In this document: positions 10,073 to 18,878 of the stretch, in pieces
How positions within the stretch are numbered: the first letter of the stretch is position 1
How the letters are laid out: each line of letters begins with the position of its first letter
DNA from: Longimicrobiales bacterium
GTDB taxonomy: Bacteria; Gemmatimonadota; Gemmatimonadetes; Longimicrobiales; Gaopeijiaceae
DNA length: 64,000 nucleotides
Assembly: GCA_965248195.1 (NCBI GenBank)
Contig: CBDFIQ010000001.1
Coordinates: forward strand, 256,001 to 320,000
Reading direction: 5' to 3'
Notes under the pieces: model-generated
Databases searched by the model: none
Seen by the model: only the letters and a program-made list of their open reading frames with translations
Told to the model about the DNA's origin: nothing
Made by a program: the position numbers and the translations under genes

Positions 10073-12238
10073 TCACGGCAGCGCCAGCGCCACCAGCGAG
10101 CCCGGAAAGTCCGTCCGGAAGCTACCGATCTGCACCACGATGTACTGCTTGCCTTCGTGCATATAGGTCATCATCCCGTACTGGCCGGGGGCCGGAAGCG
10201 GGACGCTCCCCAGGATCTCGCCCGTCCGCTTGTCGCGGGCGTGGAGCTCCAGTAGGGCGTCGGGGTCATACTGCGCTTCGCCTTGACTGAGCGACCTGGT
10301 CTGGACCAAGAGATCACCCGCGACCATCTGGATCGACCAACCGATTCCTCCAGTATTGGGAACCTCCACACCCGCCAGAAGAGGGTGGTTTCTGATCCGC
10401 TCGGGAGTCTCACCGACCGGCAACGACCAGATCCGCCTGCCCGTGTTCATCTGGAAGGCAGTGAGCTGGTTGTCCATGGGCTTGTAGAGCCGCAGGCCCT
10501 CGATTGTCGGCAGCCCCCCACCGCTGCCGGGTAACCACGCTGCCACCGTGGTGCCCGTGGTTGGAGTATAGTTGGGGGTAGCACCGCCGTCGGCGTTAGG
10601 CACGGCAAACTCCTGGTGGTCCAGGTCCTCTCCGCCCGTGGGCTCCATGAACCCCGGGGCGTTGCAGCCCCGTCTGTGCGACGTGTACATCATTCCCGTG
10701 CTGGGATCCGCGACCGGGGGATGGGGAATGACGTTCCCCCCCCCGATGCAGCCGACGTTGTTGACGAAGTCGTTGTCGTGCCCGAAGGGAAGCGGCGGCA
10801 CGTAGAGACCCCCGATCTGGTACTGACTCAGCATGATCTGCGCCTGCGCATTCAGATCCGGTGTGTAGTCGATGACGAACTCTTCGGTCAGCCCGCTCAA
10901 TACGATGGGGTCGACCGGTTCCGGCAGCGTCGGGTAGGGCTGCGTGGCCGCCGTGTAGTTGCCGGGGACCTGCGTCTGGATGACCGGGCGCTCCTCGATG
11001 GGCCAGATGGGCTCACCGGTCTCCCGGTTGAACGCGAAGACAAGGCCCTGCTTCGTGTTCTGGATCACCGCAGGAATCTGCTGTCCGTCCACCGTGAGAT
11101 CCATCAGAATGGGCGCCGCGGGAAGGTCGTAGTTCCACTGGTCGCTGTGGTGGATCTGGAAGTGCCACCTCCGCTCGCCCGTCTGGACGTCCAAAGCGAG
11201 AAGGCTGCCGCCGAAGAGGTTGTGGCCCGGCCGATGACCCGCGTACGACTGGACCGTCGAGGCGTTCGTCACGAGGTACACGAGCCCCAGCTCCGGGTCG
11301 GCGGACGCGGGAGCCCACGACGACAGGTCCCCCGACCACTGCCAGGCGTCGTTCTCCCACGTCTCGTGGCCGAACTCGCCGGGCCGCGGGATGACGTGGA
11401 ACTTCCAGAGGAACTCTCCCGTTCTGGCGTCGAACCCCATGATGTCACCGGGGACGTTCTCGATCCGGGTCTGGCCGTAGCTGGCCTGGTGACCCACGAG
11501 CACCACAACCACGCCGTTCACCACGATCGGTGGTGACGAGCTGGTGACCATACCGAGCTCCCTCGGGATCCCGTAATCAGCTTCGTAGGGTCCTTCATCC
11601 CAGCGCTCCCACGGGCCCCAGCCCTCAAGCAGCTGCGGGACCAGATCGACGACCCCCGTCTGTTCGAAATCATCGAGCGGTACGGGCGCACCCCAGCCCT
11701 CCAGGGGCCGGCCCGTCTTGGCGTCGAGCGCCCAAAGGAAGAAAGCGGGCGACGTGATATAGATCACTCCGCGCCCGTCCACCTCGCCGTAGGCGACCCC
11801 TTTCCCATAGGACCGCCTCGGAGAGCGCAGGTACCTGACGGTCTCGGGCTCGCGAAAGACCCAGAGCGTCTCGCCCGTGGCGGGGTCGATCGCCACCACC
11901 TGCCGGCGCGGAGTGGCCACCGTGTAGAGTATCCCGTCGACGTAGATCGGGGTGGACCGGGAAAAGTAGTCGACGTTGGGGCCGAAGTTGTCGCCCCTCC
12001 AAATCCACTGCGTCTCGAGGTCCTCGAAGTTGCCGGCGTTGATTTGGTTCAGGGGCGAGGAGCGCGTGTGCCCGGCATCACCGCCCAGATAACGCCACTC
12101 GCCGTTCTCGGTCCCTGGCAGGCGCTGAGCGAAGGCGGTCGCTGCCGTCGTCATCAAGAGCGCGGAGGCGAGGCCGAGGCAAAACACGAGAGTCCGCGTT
12201 CCAAAGGGTCGAAGCTCAAGTTTCATCATCTTCGTCAT
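10073..12238 (-). CDS. PQQ-dependent (quinoprotein glucose dehydrogenase-like) beta-propeller dehydrogenase, copy 2
   Basis: ATG 12238 after GAGG; signal peptide; PQQ repeats; C-terminal GMMTYMHEGKQYIVV motif; highly similar to 1..1999. Confidence 0.88.
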   Translation of the reverse strand: MTKMMKLELRPFGTRTLVFCLGLASALLMTTAATAFAQRLPGTENGEWRYLGGDAGHTRSSPLNQINAGNFEDLETQWIWRGDNFGPNVDYFSRSTPIYVDGILYTVATPRRQVVAIDPATGETLWVFREPETVRYLRSPRRSYGKGVAYGEVDGRGVIYITSPAFFLWALDAKTGRPLEGWGAPVPLDDFEQTGVVDLVPQLLEGWGPWERWDEGPYEADYGIPRELGMVTSSSPPIVVNGVVVVLVGHQASYGQTRIENVPGDIMGFDARTGEFLWKFHVIPRPGEFGHETWENDAWQWSGDLSSWAPASADPELGLVYLVTNASTVQSYAGHRPGHNLFGGSLLALDVQTGERRWHFQIHHSDQWNYDLPAAPILMDLTVDGQQIPAVIQNTKQGLVFAFNRETGEPIWPIEERPVIQTQVPGNYTAATQPYPTLPEPVDPIVLSGLTEEFVIDYTPDLNAQAQIMLSQYQIGGLYVPPLPFGHDNDFVNNVGCIGGGNVIPHPPVADPSTGMMYTSHRRGCNAPGFMEPTGGEDLDHQEFAVPNADGGATPNYTPTTGTTVAAWLPGSGGGLPTIEGLRLYKPMDNQLTAFQMNTGRRIWSLPVGETPERIRNHPLLAGVEVPNTGGIGWSIQMVAGDLLVQTRSLSQGEAQYDPDALLELHARDKRTGEILGSVPLPAPGQYGMMTYMHEGKQYIVVQIGSFRTDFPGSLVALALP

Positions 12239-12427
12239 TTCTCGTTCCTCGCCTTGATGGATCGGGCAGGAGCGCCTCAAAGCCACGGGAGCGTGGCTGT
12301 CATGATACGACATCGCGGGCCTTCGCGCACAAGGTGATGGGCTTGTGCGGTAGTTGAGAAAGCGGCTTCCGACTAGAGGGGCGGGCGAAAGAATACGTGA
12401 AGATCCATGGGGTCTGGCAAGATCATC

Positions 12428-12502
12428 TGATGTTCGCCAAGATAGCGAACGAGCACGCACCACAATGATGTTCGCCAAGGTAGCGAACCAGCACATTCCA
12501 CA
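12428..12502. repeat. Tandem 37-bp imperfect direct repeat (38-bp period), each unit containing a GTTCGC-N7-GCGAAC inverted repeat
   Basis: tgatgttcgccaagatagcgaacgagcacgcaccaca (12428) vs tgatgttcgccaaggtagcgaaccagcacattccaca (12466). Confidence 0.85.
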
Positions 12503-12543
12503 GTTCTTGTTGAATGCTCCGTAGTTGGCATGAAGGTCCAACC

Positions 12544-13881
12544 ATGTTAGTCAGATCCGTTCTCCTACTCCTACTCCTGATACCCGCTCCCCTTGAAGGA
12601 CAGGGGACGAATATCCAGGCGTTCTTCGACCTCCTTCGCGCGGATCCCGAGCAGGCTGAGGTCGCAGAGCAAGCGATTCTGGACGGGTGGGACGATTCCC
12701 ATGCCGCCATGCTCGTCGAGCTCCACCGCTTCGCCCAGAGGAGCGATCGGCTTCGCCTCTCGGCGTTGCTGGAGCGCGCCACCGGACAGTCCTTCCGGCA
12801 AGACATGGATCGGTGGTGGGATTGGATTTGGGCAACGAATCCCGGTACACATCCCGACTACTCGATGTTCAAGGCGCTGCTGTACGGGCTTACCGACCCG
12901 AGCTTCCGCGACTACTTCGACGACGGCCTCGCGGCGAAAATCCGTCTCGATGAAATCCGGTGGGGAGGCGTGGTGCGCGACGGGATTCCACCGCTTGACC
13001 TGCCTGGCCTCACCAACGCCCGTCGGGCCCGGTACTTGGACGATGACAACATCGTGTTCGGCATTGCAATCAACGGGGATGAACGTGCATACCCCAAGCG
13101 CATCCTGGCCTGGCATGAGATGTTCAAGGACACCATCGGTGGCGAGCACTTCACGGGCGTGTACTGCACCCTGTGCGGTTCGATGATCCTCTACCGATCG
13201 ACGATTGACGGGGAACACCACGAACTCGGCACCAGCGGATTCCTCTACCGTTCCAACAAGTTGATGTACGACCATGCCACTCGGTCGCTTTGGTCCACAC
13301 TGTCCGGGGGGCCAGTCGTGGGCCCTCTCGCGCAGCGGGACATCGAGTTGGAGCCTCTCTTCGTCGTCACCACGACATGGGGGGAGTGGCGGCGGCGCCA
13401 TCCACGCACGAAGGTGCTGTCGATCGATACCGGGTATGAGCGTGACTACAGCGAGGGGGCGGCGTACCGCGACTACTTCAGTACCGACGAGCTCATGTTC
13501 ACCGTGCCCGAATTAGACACCCGGCTCAAGAACAAGGACGAGGTTCTCGCGCTGCGGTTCCCCGAAGTTCCTACGGAGCAGCTGGCCATCGCAGTCGAAT
13601 TCCTTGCAGGCCAGACCGTGTATCACGATTCGCTCGGCGCCGTTGATTTCATCGTGTTGACCGACCAGAGCGGTGCGAGCCGCGTGTACGAAACGCGTGG
13701 CCGGCGGTTTTCCCGTTGGGACGGTCAAGACGGAGTCCGGGACGAATCAGGCGAGTATTGGACGCTGACCGAAGCGGCCCTCACCAGCCCCGATCAGACA
13801 TCCTTACGACGGTTACCCTCGCACCGTGCGTTCTGGTTCGGATGGTACGCACAGTATCCTGAAACGCGCCTCGTCCGCTGA
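12544..13881 (+). CDS. Secreted DUF3179-domain protein
   Basis: Signal peptide; IRWGGVVRDGIPPL, RAYPKRILAWHEM, YCTLCGS (CxxC), GTSGFLYRSNKLMYD, AFWFGWYAQYPET. Confidence 0.85.
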   Translation: MLVRSVLLLLLLIPAPLEGQGTNIQAFFDLLRADPEQAEVAEQAILDGWDDSHAAMLVELHRFAQRSDRLRLSALLERATGQSFRQDMDRWWDWIWATNPGTHPDYSMFKALLYGLTDPSFRDYFDDGLAAKIRLDEIRWGGVVRDGIPPLDLPGLTNARRARYLDDDNIVFGIAINGDERAYPKRILAWHEMFKDTIGGEHFTGVYCTLCGSMILYRSTIDGEHHELGTSGFLYRSNKLMYDHATRSLWSTLSGGPVVGPLAQRDIELEPLFVVTTTWGEWRRRHPRTKVLSIDTGYERDYSEGAAYRDYFSTDELMFTVPELDTRLKNKDEVLALRFPEVPTEQLAIAVEFLAGQTVYHDSLGAVDFIVLTDQSGASRVYETRGRRFSRWDGQDGVRDESGEYWTLTEAALTSPDQTSLRRLPSHRAFWFGWYAQYPETRLVR

Positions 13882-14156
13882 AGCGCGGACCCTCTGGACG
13901 GAGGCACGCCCTTAGGGACGGTGAAAGACGCCTCTGCCAGGCCACGGACTGAAGCCCTCGCTCCACGGGGAAACGTCACTTGTTCAAAGAACTCACCGAG
14001 ATCAAGTTTCTTGGGGAAGTAGTGTTCATGGGGACAAGCTTTGGTGCAGGACCATCCTATCAACGATGGCTCCGACGTGCTCGACGTATTAAGCGATATC
14101 GTTTGCGCAAACGGCTCCTTGGCAGCGCCAAGGGCGTTGCGACACCGGACGGGCCG

Positions 14157-15248
14157 ATGAGGGTCTTGACGGCCTCCGCAGTGAGGCACGTCGCGGGTCG
14201 GCTTCCCCGACGCCTCACTCTGGCCTTTCTCGTCGCCAGCCTCACTCCCGCTGGCTGTACTCGGTACGTGGAGGTCGACAGCGACCTGGGGCCGCAGGCT
14301 TACTACCGGACGGGGTTTCCAGTCCGCGACGTATCAGAGGTGCTGGAGCACGTCACGGCCTCGGTCGTGCAGATCCTCGTACAGCGCTCGTACGAGACCT
14401 ATCTGTTCGCTGAGGACAACGCTCCTACGACGGTCCACCTCCAAAGCCCGGGAAGCGATGTTCGCGTTCTTGCCGTGGACACCGTCTCGTCACGCGAAAC
14501 CACGGCGTCGACGGGAGTCGTGATTGCTTCAATACCGAGGAAGCTCACAATCCTCACCACTGATCACGCAACTCACTTCCCTGATACGATTGTCCACTAC
14601 TTCGGAGCCGAAGGGAGGGGCGCGGGTCTGGAGCTGGACCAGCGAGCCATCGAGCGCATCTCGATCAAAACTCAGCAGGCGAATACGGTCAGCGGCCAGC
14701 GGTATCTCGACCCCTTTGAGATCCTGGCCCGGAACCAGGCCGAAGACCTAGCCCTGATCGGCGTGACGTTCACCTACGAAGTCGGATCCAGGGATCGTCC
14801 TCCCTCCAGGCTGGCCGCCGGGGATCCGCGCAGGCTGTCCTTGGGATCCCTCGTGTTCGCTATCGGCCATCCCGCCGGCTTCCAGATGGTGACTCATGGG
14901 ATCGTGAGCAACCGAGGCCCGAACGCATCGTTCCTAATCGACGGGCTCTGGAACGAAGGGATGAGCGGCGCTCCGATCCTGGCCGTACGGGGGGAGGGAG
15001 GCGGGGTGGAGTGGGTCGGTATCGCACGGGCCGCATCGGCTCGCACAGAGTTCCGGTTGCTGCCAGAAGAACGGGCGGAGCGGACCCAGGACCCACGACG
15101 ACCCTACGAAGGTCCCATCTACCTCCAGCCAGTCCAGGAGATCAGGTACGGTATCACCTTCTCGGTCCCCATGACCGTGATCCGCCGGTTCCTCGACGAG
15201 CACCAGTCTCTGATGAGGGACCGAGGATATCCGCTTCCCTCCTTCTAA
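14157..15248 (+). CDS. Trypsin-like serine protease, probable lipoprotein (start uncertain)
   Basis: Lipobox-like TPAGC; triad motifs LTTDHA, DLALI, NEGMSGAP; AIGHPAG. Confidence 0.7.
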   Translation: MRVLTASAVRHVAGRLPRRLTLAFLVASLTPAGCTRYVEVDSDLGPQAYYRTGFPVRDVSEVLEHVTASVVQILVQRSYETYLFAEDNAPTTVHLQSPGSDVRVLAVDTVSSRETTASTGVVIASIPRKLTILTTDHATHFPDTIVHYFGAEGRGAGLELDQRAIERISIKTQQANTVSGQRYLDPFEILARNQAEDLALIGVTFTYEVGSRDRPPSRLAAGDPRRLSLGSLVFAIGHPAGFQMVTHGIVSNRGPNASFLIDGLWNEGMSGAPILAVRGEGGGVEWVGIARAASARTEFRLLPEERAERTQDPRRPYEGPIYLQPVQEIRYGITFSVPMTVIRRFLDEHQSLMRDRGYPLPSF

Positions 15249-15289
15249 TCGGCCTTTGTCCAAGAGCGCCAAAACACGGTGTCAGCTGC

Positions 15290-15982
15290 TCAGAGCAGCA
15301 CGGAGTCGTTTTCGCGGAGCCGCCTGATGAGCCTCAGCGCACGCTCCACCAGACCGTCCACCTCGAGCAGCTCCTGTCGGTGGGCGGGCTCGAGCGGGAG
15401 AACTTGGGAGAGACCGTCGACGACCTCCTCGTCGGAGAGATCCGAGGGCGGCAGCTGCATTCCGGGCGAGATGGAGAGGAGGGTTTCTTCGAGCTGTCGG
15501 CGTCTCTCGGCGAGTAGCGGGCGGTCGGTCACCTCGACCGCCTCCGGGAGCGCCTCCACCTCCGCGAGCCGGTAGGGGCGGCTCGTATCCTCGCTCAGGA
15601 CACGAAACTTCACGAGCCCATCCAGGACGATGTTGTACCGCCCGTCGGGCAGCTCCTCGGCCGCGATGATGACGCCGGCGCAGCCGATAGCATAGACGGG
15701 CGGTCGTCCTTCGTACTCCGCTTCGTGGCCCGGTTGCAGCAATACCATGCCGATGATGCTGTCGCCCTCGAGTGCGTCGGCCACCATCGCACGGTAGCGC
15801 GGCTCGAAGATGTGCAACGGCCGGGCGCTGTTCGGAAACAGCACGACATCCTGGAGCGGAAAGATCGGAATCGTCGCCGGCAACGTCTTGGCTGCCGCCG
15901 ATCCGGATTGGGCCGCGCCGGAGCCCGGGGTACACAGGACAGCGATGAGCGCGATCGCCCACCCCAGCATCATGGGTCTCAT
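15290..15982 (-). CDS. Stand-alone Lon substrate-binding (LON N) domain protein with an N-terminal signal peptide
   Basis: IPIFPL..VVLFP...PLHIFEPRYRAMV...IGMVLL...GCAG...LPDGRYNIVL; no AAA+ or protease domain; SD before ATG 15982. Confidence 0.85.
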   Translation of the reverse strand: MRPMMLGWAIALIAVLCTPGSGAAQSGSAAAKTLPATIPIFPLQDVVLFPNSARPLHIFEPRYRAMVADALEGDSIIGMVLLQPGHEAEYEGRPPVYAIGCAGVIIAAEELPDGRYNIVLDGLVKFRVLSEDTSRPYRLAEVEALPEAVEVTDRPLLAERRRQLEETLLSISPGMQLPPSDLSDEEVVDGLSQVLPLEPAHRQELLEVDGLVERALRLIRRLRENDSVLL

Positions 15983-16188
15983 GTGCCGCCTTTCAATCTG
16001 GAGACGGGATCGGACACGGCGGACAAGATGGTTCCAGGGCGTGTGTGGCGGCAAGCGGCAAGCGTCGGAAATCCCTTTCCTCCTGGCAACCTGACAGGAC
16101 CTACCTGGCATCGGCTTCCCGGTTGGTTACGATGCCAAAGGCTTGCCGATCGCCCTCTTGAGCAGCTTACCAGGAGCAGGAGGAAGTT

Positions 16189-17847
16189 ATGGCAGAAAAA
16201 ACCGATGTGATTATCGTCGGCGCAGGCCTGGCGGGACTGGTTGCCGCCGCTGAATTGGGCGACGCCGGGAAGCGGGTCATCATCGTCGAACAGGAGGGCG
16301 AGAACTCGCTGGGCGGCCAGGCTTTCTGGTCCCTGGGTGGTCTGTTCCTCGTAGACAGTCCGGAACAGCGCCGCATGGGTATCAAGGACAGCCGTGAGCT
16401 GGCCTTACAGGATTGGCTTGGCTCGGCACAATTCGACCGACCGGAAGATCATTGGCCGCGCCGGGTCGCCGAAGCTTTTGTTGATTTCGCCACGGGGGAG
16501 ATGCGACCCTGGCTTTACGCCCGAGGGATGCGCTGGTTTCCCATCGTCGGCTGGGCTGAGCGCGGAGGGGGGCAGGCGGATGGGCACGGCAACTCTGTAC
16601 CGCGCTTTCACGTCACCTGGGGTACCGGGCCGGGAATCGTAGCTCCCTTCGAGCGGCGCGTCCGCGAGCATGTGGACGAGGAAGTGATCGTGTTGAAGTG
16701 CCGCCACCAGGTCAGCCACATTGTCAAGACGGACGGCCGAGTTACCGGTGTTGCCGGAGAGGTACTGGAAGCTTCGACCGATCAGCGCGGGCAACGGTCT
16801 ACCCGCAACGTCATCGGCGACTTCGAGTTCAGTGCCGCGGCCGTTCTCGTCACCTCCGGCGGCATCGGCGGGAACCGCGATCTCGTCCGTCAGAACTGGC
16901 CGGTTGAGCGCCTTGGTCCCGTCCCCAAGAGCATGGTCACGGGTGTGCCCCACCATGTAGACGGCCGTATGCTCGGCATCACCCAAGAGGCGGGCGGCGC
17001 CGTTATCAACAGCGACCGCATGTGGCACTACACCGAGGGCATCAAGAACTGGTCGCCCGTCTGGCCCGATCACGGTGTCCGCATCCTCCCTGGCCCCTCA
17101 TCCATGTGGTTCGACGCACGAGGCGAGCGCCTGCCTGCACCCTTCCTCCCCGGCTTCGACACGCTGGGCACGCTCAAACACATCCTGTCAACGGGCTACG
17201 ATTACTCTTGGTTCGTCCTTACACAAACCATCATTGAAAAAGAGTTCGCCCTGTCTGGTTCCGAGCAGAACCCCGATCTGACCTCCCAGAAATGGCTCTC
17301 GGTTATCCGCAGCAGGCTGGGAGCGGGCGCACCCGCTCCCGTTGAGGCGTTCAAACGCCATGGCCGGGATTTTGTCGTCCGTGACACCCTGCGCGACCTG
17401 GTAGCTGGCATGAACGCTTTGACAGGTGAGGACCTCATCGACCACGGCCGTCTGCAGCAGCAAATCGTTGCCTGCGACCGAGAGATGGACAATCCCTTCG
17501 CCAAAGACGCACAAATTATCGCCATTCATGGCACACGAAAATACCGCGGCGACAGGCTGGTACGCACCGCCAAACCGCACAAAATCCTCGATCCTGCCCA
17601 TGGTCCCCTGATCGCCGTACACCTCAACGTGCTGACCCGCAAGACGTTGGGCGGTCTTCATACGAACTTGGATTCACAGGTGCTAGACGAGAAGGGCGAA
17701 CCGATTCCGGGCCTTTATGCAGCTGGCGAAGTGGCCGGTTTCGGAGGCGGTGGCTACCACGGCTATAATGCGCTCGAAGGCACCTTCCTCGGCGGCTGCA
17801 TCTTCACTGCCCGGCACGCCGGGCGGCACGCTGGCACTCTCGTTTAG
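16189..17847 (+). CDS. FAD-binding dehydrogenase (KsdD-like, uncharacterised subfamily)
   Basis: DVIIVGAGLAGL Rossmann motif; GGQAFWSLGGLFLVDSPEQRR, VPRFHVTWGTG, RKTLGGL, GLYAAGE, ALEGTFLGGC. Confidence 0.85.
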   Translation: MAEKTDVIIVGAGLAGLVAAAELGDAGKRVIIVEQEGENSLGGQAFWSLGGLFLVDSPEQRRMGIKDSRELALQDWLGSAQFDRPEDHWPRRVAEAFVDFATGEMRPWLYARGMRWFPIVGWAERGGGQADGHGNSVPRFHVTWGTGPGIVAPFERRVREHVDEEVIVLKCRHQVSHIVKTDGRVTGVAGEVLEASTDQRGQRSTRNVIGDFEFSAAAVLVTSGGIGGNRDLVRQNWPVERLGPVPKSMVTGVPHHVDGRMLGITQEAGGAVINSDRMWHYTEGIKNWSPVWPDHGVRILPGPSSMWFDARGERLPAPFLPGFDTLGTLKHILSTGYDYSWFVLTQTIIEKEFALSGSEQNPDLTSQKWLSVIRSRLGAGAPAPVEAFKRHGRDFVVRDTLRDLVAGMNALTGEDLIDHGRLQQQIVACDREMDNPFAKDAQIIAIHGTRKYRGDRLVRTAKPHKILDPAHGPLIAVHLNVLTRKTLGGLHTNLDSQVLDEKGEPIPGLYAAGEVAGFGGGGYHGYNALEGTFLGGCIFTARHAGRHAGTLV

Positions 17848-17967
17848 GTTGCAGCAGCGGCCACTCCCCCGCCCCATCCGTCTCCACCTCGAACTTCTCG
17901 TGCGCACCATCATGCCCAGGAACCAGTCGTGCGCGTCACGGGCCGTGTGGATGCCTTAACGAAACGG

Positions 17968-18022
17968 GAAACATCTTCATCAAACGAGCGATTTAAGAAA
18001 CATCTTCATGAAACGAGCGATT
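17968..18022 (+). repeat. AT-rich 26-bp direct repeat (29-bp period) upstream of tonB
   Basis: gaaacatcttcatcaaacgagcgatt (17968) and gaaacatcttcatgaaacgagcgatt (17997), one mismatch. Confidence 0.85.
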
Positions 18023-18060
18023 CCATAGGATGGATAGCAACGCATGACACCGGAGAGGTG

Positions 18061-18759
18061 ATGAACGTAAAAGCTCTTCCTGCTAGGGTGCAGATTGACA
18101 ATTCCGAGACGGAGAACGACCGATTCAAGCGGTCCTTCGGATCGTGGTTGTGGGGCTCGATGATCGCAGCGACGGTTCTCCACTTCATGCTGTTTCAGCT
18201 GTGGCCGACTCTCAGGGTGCAGGACGTTTCCTTCACCGCCGAGGAGTTGAAGATCATCGAGCTTCCGCCGGAAATCGAGATCCCGCCGCCGCCCGAGGCG
18301 ATTTCGCGACCCGCAACTCCGGTGATAGCTACCGCGGAGATTGACGACGATATCACGATCGCCCTGACTACGTTCTCGGATAGTCCGATAGACGACCCGC
18401 CGCCGCCGCCCACCCAAAAGGGGCCGGATATGTCCGTGGCTCCGGCGTTCACCCCGATGACCGTCAGACCCGAGATCAGAAACCGAGCTGAGATCCAGCA
18501 AGCGTTGATGACGCAGTATCCAGCCATGCTTCGGAATGCCGGAATCGGCGGGACGGTGGAAGTTTGGTTTTTTATCTCGGAAGAGGGCAGAGTCTTGGAC
18601 AGGAGAGTCTTCAAGAGCTCCGGTTACGTGCAGCTGGACGAGGCGGCCCTCAAGGTCGCGGACGTCTTCCGGTTCACGCCTGCTTTGAACCGGGACCAGA
18701 TCGTCCAGGTGTGGATTCGGTTTCCGATTGAATTCCAGGTCGGGTCGTACGCCCCGTGA
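18061..18759 (+). CDS. tonB: Energy transducer TonB
   Basis: N-terminal TM helix with S..H motif (GSMIAATVLHF), proline-rich linker, TonB_C domain (YPAMLRNAGIGGTVEV..SSG...LDEAAL...FTPA). Confidence 0.85.
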   Translation: MNVKALPARVQIDNSETENDRFKRSFGSWLWGSMIAATVLHFMLFQLWPTLRVQDVSFTAEELKIIELPPEIEIPPPPEAISRPATPVIATAEIDDDITIALTTFSDSPIDDPPPPPTQKGPDMSVAPAFTPMTVRPEIRNRAEIQQALMTQYPAMLRNAGIGGTVEVWFFISEEGRVLDRRVFKSSGYVQLDEAALKVADVFRFTPALNRDQIVQVWIRFPIEFQVGSYAP

Positions 18760-18878
18760 CAGGCCGAAGTTGACCAGTTTGGTGCTGCCCCTCACGTTAT
18801 CCCAACCCGTGAAGGGGCTTTAACTTTTGGTGTGGCTATCCCTAGTAGAATCCAGCAGAACGCTCGGAGGACAACCCG

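Noticed and set aside
440..11536. Long, mutually similar plus-strand ORFs 440..1300 and 10616..11536
   Set aside because: Antisense shadows of the two PQQ genes; their similarity follows from the duplication and high-GC codon bias.
12428..12502. CRISPR array (palindromic ~37-bp repeats)
   Set aside because: Only two abutting units, no spacer, and no cas genes in the window.
13160..13180. Selenocysteine in the DUF3179 protein
   Set aside because: The motif is encoded as Cys-Thr-Leu-Cys with TGC codons; there is no in-frame TGA.
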